The position numbers and the translations under genes are program-made. Under the pieces are notes generated by a model. The model saw only the letters and a list, made by a program, of their open reading frames with translations, was not told the DNA's origin and made no database searches. Shown here piece by piece: positions 34,056-36,853 of a stretch of DNA of 36,853 nt. Source of the DNA: Octopus sinensis (Eukaryota); NCBI RefSeq assembly GCF_006345805.1, contig NW_021834725.1, positions 1 through 36,853 on the forward strand, given 5' to 3'. How positions within the stretch are numbered: position 1 is the first letter of the stretch; each line of letters begins with the position of its first letter.

Positions 34056-34466
34056 TCTTTTATCTTTTATCTTTTACTTGTTTCAGTCATTTGACTGTGG
34101 CCATGCTGGAACACCGCCTTTTTAGTCGAGCAAATCGACCCCAGGTCTTATTCTTTGTAAGCCTAGTACTTATTCTATCGGTCTCTTTTGCTGAACCGCT
34201 AAGTAACAGGGACGTAAACACACCAGCATCGGCTGTCAAGCAATGTTGCGAGGGACAAACACAAACAGACAAACACACACACCACACATATATATATACA
34301 TATATACGACGGGCTTCTTTCAGTTTCCGTCTACCAAATCCACTCACAAGACTTTGGTCGGCCCGAGGCTACAGTAGCAGACACTTGCCCAAGGTGCCAC
34401 GCAGTGGGACTGAACCCGGAACCATGTGGTTGGTTAGCAAGCTACTTACCACACAGCCACTCCTGC
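34056..34466 (-). mobile_element. SINE family A, full length
   Basis: Near-consensus reverse complement. Confidence 0.95.
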
Positions 34467-34624
34467 ATATTAAATTTTATTGAACTTGATCAATATTTTT
34501 CAAGCGATGAACAATTTTCATTAAAACAATGACATAATTTGTCGACTTTGAACTTATTGCAAAGCTGCATGATAAACATTTTTTTGTCTTCTTGTTCAGG
34601 TGTCAGTACAATATTTTTTCTGTC

Positions 34625-34628
34625 TAAC

Positions 34629-34680
<52 letters not shown>

Positions 34681-34990
34681 GTTGATTATTTTCAACCATC
34701 ACCCTCACCAGTACCACCACCATCCCCACCACAACTGCCATACATACACCATTCAGACTTTTGACGCCACCACCATCAATACCTCCGACTTCGCCGTCTT
34801 CCCCTCCACCACCATCACCACTGTCTTTCACATCACTTACTATCACCATTGTCTCTAACTGCTTCAGCTACCACCACCAATACCATCATCAACCGTCGCC
34901 TCCGCCTCTATCACAACTACAGCTCATACTCTTTCTATCACCCCATTACCATCACAACCGTCAATCTACTACCGTCTCTATTCTCACCCC
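34625..34990. repeat. (CT)n followed by a decayed (ACC/ATC) array
   Basis: Read directly. Confidence 0.85.
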
Positions 34991-35270
34991 AACATGAGCA
35001 ATAGTAGGAGTGCCAAAGAATAGTAAGACAGGGGGTCGAAGTGTGACACACTGACACACAGAAATTAGTTTTTGCATTTATTATATATATATACATCTCG
35101 GGAATTTTATTTGCACTAGATAGATACATATATACATAAATACATACTTACATACACACACCCACTCACACACACCCACACACACACACACCACACGTAT
35201 GTATAATCATATATGTATTTTATATATATACACACATATACATAAATACATACATACATACATATATAAT

Positions 35271-35307
<37 letters not shown>

Positions 35308-35413
35308 GTTAGTTAGTTAGTTAGTTAATTTGGCTCAAAGCAATAGCAAGGCCATGTAGGGGGACATGGAGTTAAGACAGGGTGGTGTTCATGTAAGAGT
35401 TCAGGCCACTTGA
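35308..35413 (-). mobile_element. Possible LINE 3' end with (AACT)n tail
   Basis: (GTTA)n directly followed by ATTTGGCTCAAAGCAATAGCAAGGCCATGTAGGGGGAC; recalled as an octopus repeat, not verifiable here. Confidence 0.35.
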
Positions 35414-35641
35414 GTTATATATAACTTTTCAAAACTTCACTTTTAACCACGTGGGTAAAATACAATTTTTTAAAAATCTAACCTGTTGACAGCCAGTCGA
35501 GATCAGTTCAGATTTTGTTTTATTGTTTTTTCGTCCAGCATATTAAATGTATCCATTGAGAATTTCTCAGACCTAAAAAAAAAAAAAAAAAAAAAAAACT
35601 TGATTAACCGTTTACAGGAGGTTCAAAATGGATATTTTCTA

Positions 35642-35865
35642 CCTGGCAGAAACGTTAGCATGCCGGGCGAAATGCGTAGCCATATTTCGTCTGCCGTTAC
35701 GTTCTGAGTTCAAATTCCGCCGAGGTCGACTTTGCCTTTCATCCTTTCGGGGTCGATAAATTAAGTACCAGTTACGCACTGGGGTCGATGTAATCGACTT
35801 AATCCGTTTGTCTGTCTTTGTTGGTCCCCTCTGTGTGTAGTCCCTTGTGGTTAGTAAATAAATAT
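35642..35865 (+). mobile_element. SINE family B, first monomer, 3'-truncated
   Basis: CTGGCAGAAACGTTAGCATGCCGGGCGAAATGCG...GAGTTCAAATTCCGCCGAGGTCGAC. Confidence 0.92.
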
Positions 35866-36417
35866 ACCTTCAATATTTCTACCTTTCGAACTCTAGATAT
35901 GTTGAAGGAGTAAAAATGCTGGGTATGGTTATTTTAAAATATCTTTTCTGAGAAACCAACATTGTTCTTTACATCTCTGCTGTATGCAAGGGGAACTTTA
36001 ACACGTTAGCTATTGTTTTCATTAGGCGTTTACCTAAGTACTTAAAGTCCTCTACCTCAGTTACATCAAGGTAGAGGATAGCGCGTATTTATACTTGTGA
36101 GAATTCTTTTATTTGTACAATCTAATTAGTAGGAAATTTTTCAGCATGTTTATAGATGACGTTACATTATTTTATATCAGTGATCCGTAAGGAAATGGTT
36201 TGGTTTTCTTAATTATATTTAGAAAAGTTCTCCAGTTTTGAGAATGAGAAAAAAAATTATATGATTCAATCTTCTACAGCAAGAAAATTGAATCGTATAT
36301 TTTTTTCATTTTCCTATTTTTACCTCTCTGTGTATTTTTGTATGTTGTTTTGGGGTTTTGTTGTTATTTTTTTTTTTACCTCTCTTATTTTGATAATGTA
36401 ATATTACAATAATCAAC

Positions 36418-36475
36418 GGCAACGAGCTGGCAGTATCGTAAGCACGCCAGGAAATTGCTTAGCAGTATTTCGTTA
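36418..36475 (+). mobile_element. SINE family B head fragment
   Basis: GGCAACGAGCTGGCAGTATCGTAAGCACGCCAGG. Confidence 0.7.
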
Positions 36476-36547
36476 GACTTAATACTATCTCGCTAGGGTA
36501 ATGTTTTAGGGTTATTAAAGCTAAAGTTATGTCTAAAATACTAGTTT

Positions 36548-36853
36548 CAAAACTTTGGCCCAAGAAATTTCGCAGAGGGGCTAAGTCGATTACATGACCC
36601 CAGTGTTTAACTGGTACTTATTTCATCGAACGAGGAAAGGTGAACTTATATTTAAAATATTGATTCCAAATTTTGGCACAAGGCCAGCAATTTCGGAGAG
36701 AGGTAATTTGATTGCACGCTCCCCAGGACTCAACTGTAATTTTTTTATCGACCCCAAAGGATGAAAGGCAAGGTCAATCTCGGCGGAACTCATCAGGTAA
36801 AGACTGAAGAAGTACACTACACATTTTGTCCGCATGCTAATGATTCTGCCATC
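36548..36853 (-). mobile_element. Two degenerate SINE family B monomer pieces (36548-36640, 36655-36853)
   Basis: Reverse complement of B tail and core motifs (TTTTGGCACAAGGCCAGCAATTT; CCCCAAAGGATGAAAGGCAAGGTC). Confidence 0.75.

Noticed and set aside
672-36835. Long ORFs in the track (for example 5706-6884, 6115-7131, 27444-28196, 27581-28333)
   Set aside because: Translations of trinucleotide or dinucleotide repeats (poly-V/T/H/P, YI, HT), open in several frames and on both strands, with no domain content.

Overview
Animal genomic DNA, AT-rich and dominated by microsatellites and short retroposons. No complete protein-coding gene, rRNA, intact tRNA or CRISPR array is visible. The SINE families match my recollection of octopus (coleoid cephalopod) repeats; this is an inference, not a database match. 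Nearly all ORFs in the track are translated microsatellites or SINEs. The window looks intronic or intergenic. It holds about 30 copies or fragments of several tRNA-derived SINE types (A, B, C, D, F are my own labels), a decayed Penelope-like retroelement (RT thumb, linker and GIY-YIG remnants) with an inverted copy of its own 3' end, and a decayed R4/Dong-type RLE LINE 3' end finishing in (TAA)n. It also holds a 380-bp non-autonomous Helitron with canonical termini and several fragments resembling Penelope terminal repeats, two with minimal hammerhead-like folds. Other structures: a fold-back palindrome of about 250 bp made from one SINE, a 967-bp unit with identical 118-bp direct repeats, SINE head/tail swapping, closely spaced inverted SINE pairs, and a few weak candidate host exons. 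I do not see a demonstrably new biological system. The best leads are the hammerhead variants, the Penelope inverted architecture and the palindrome.
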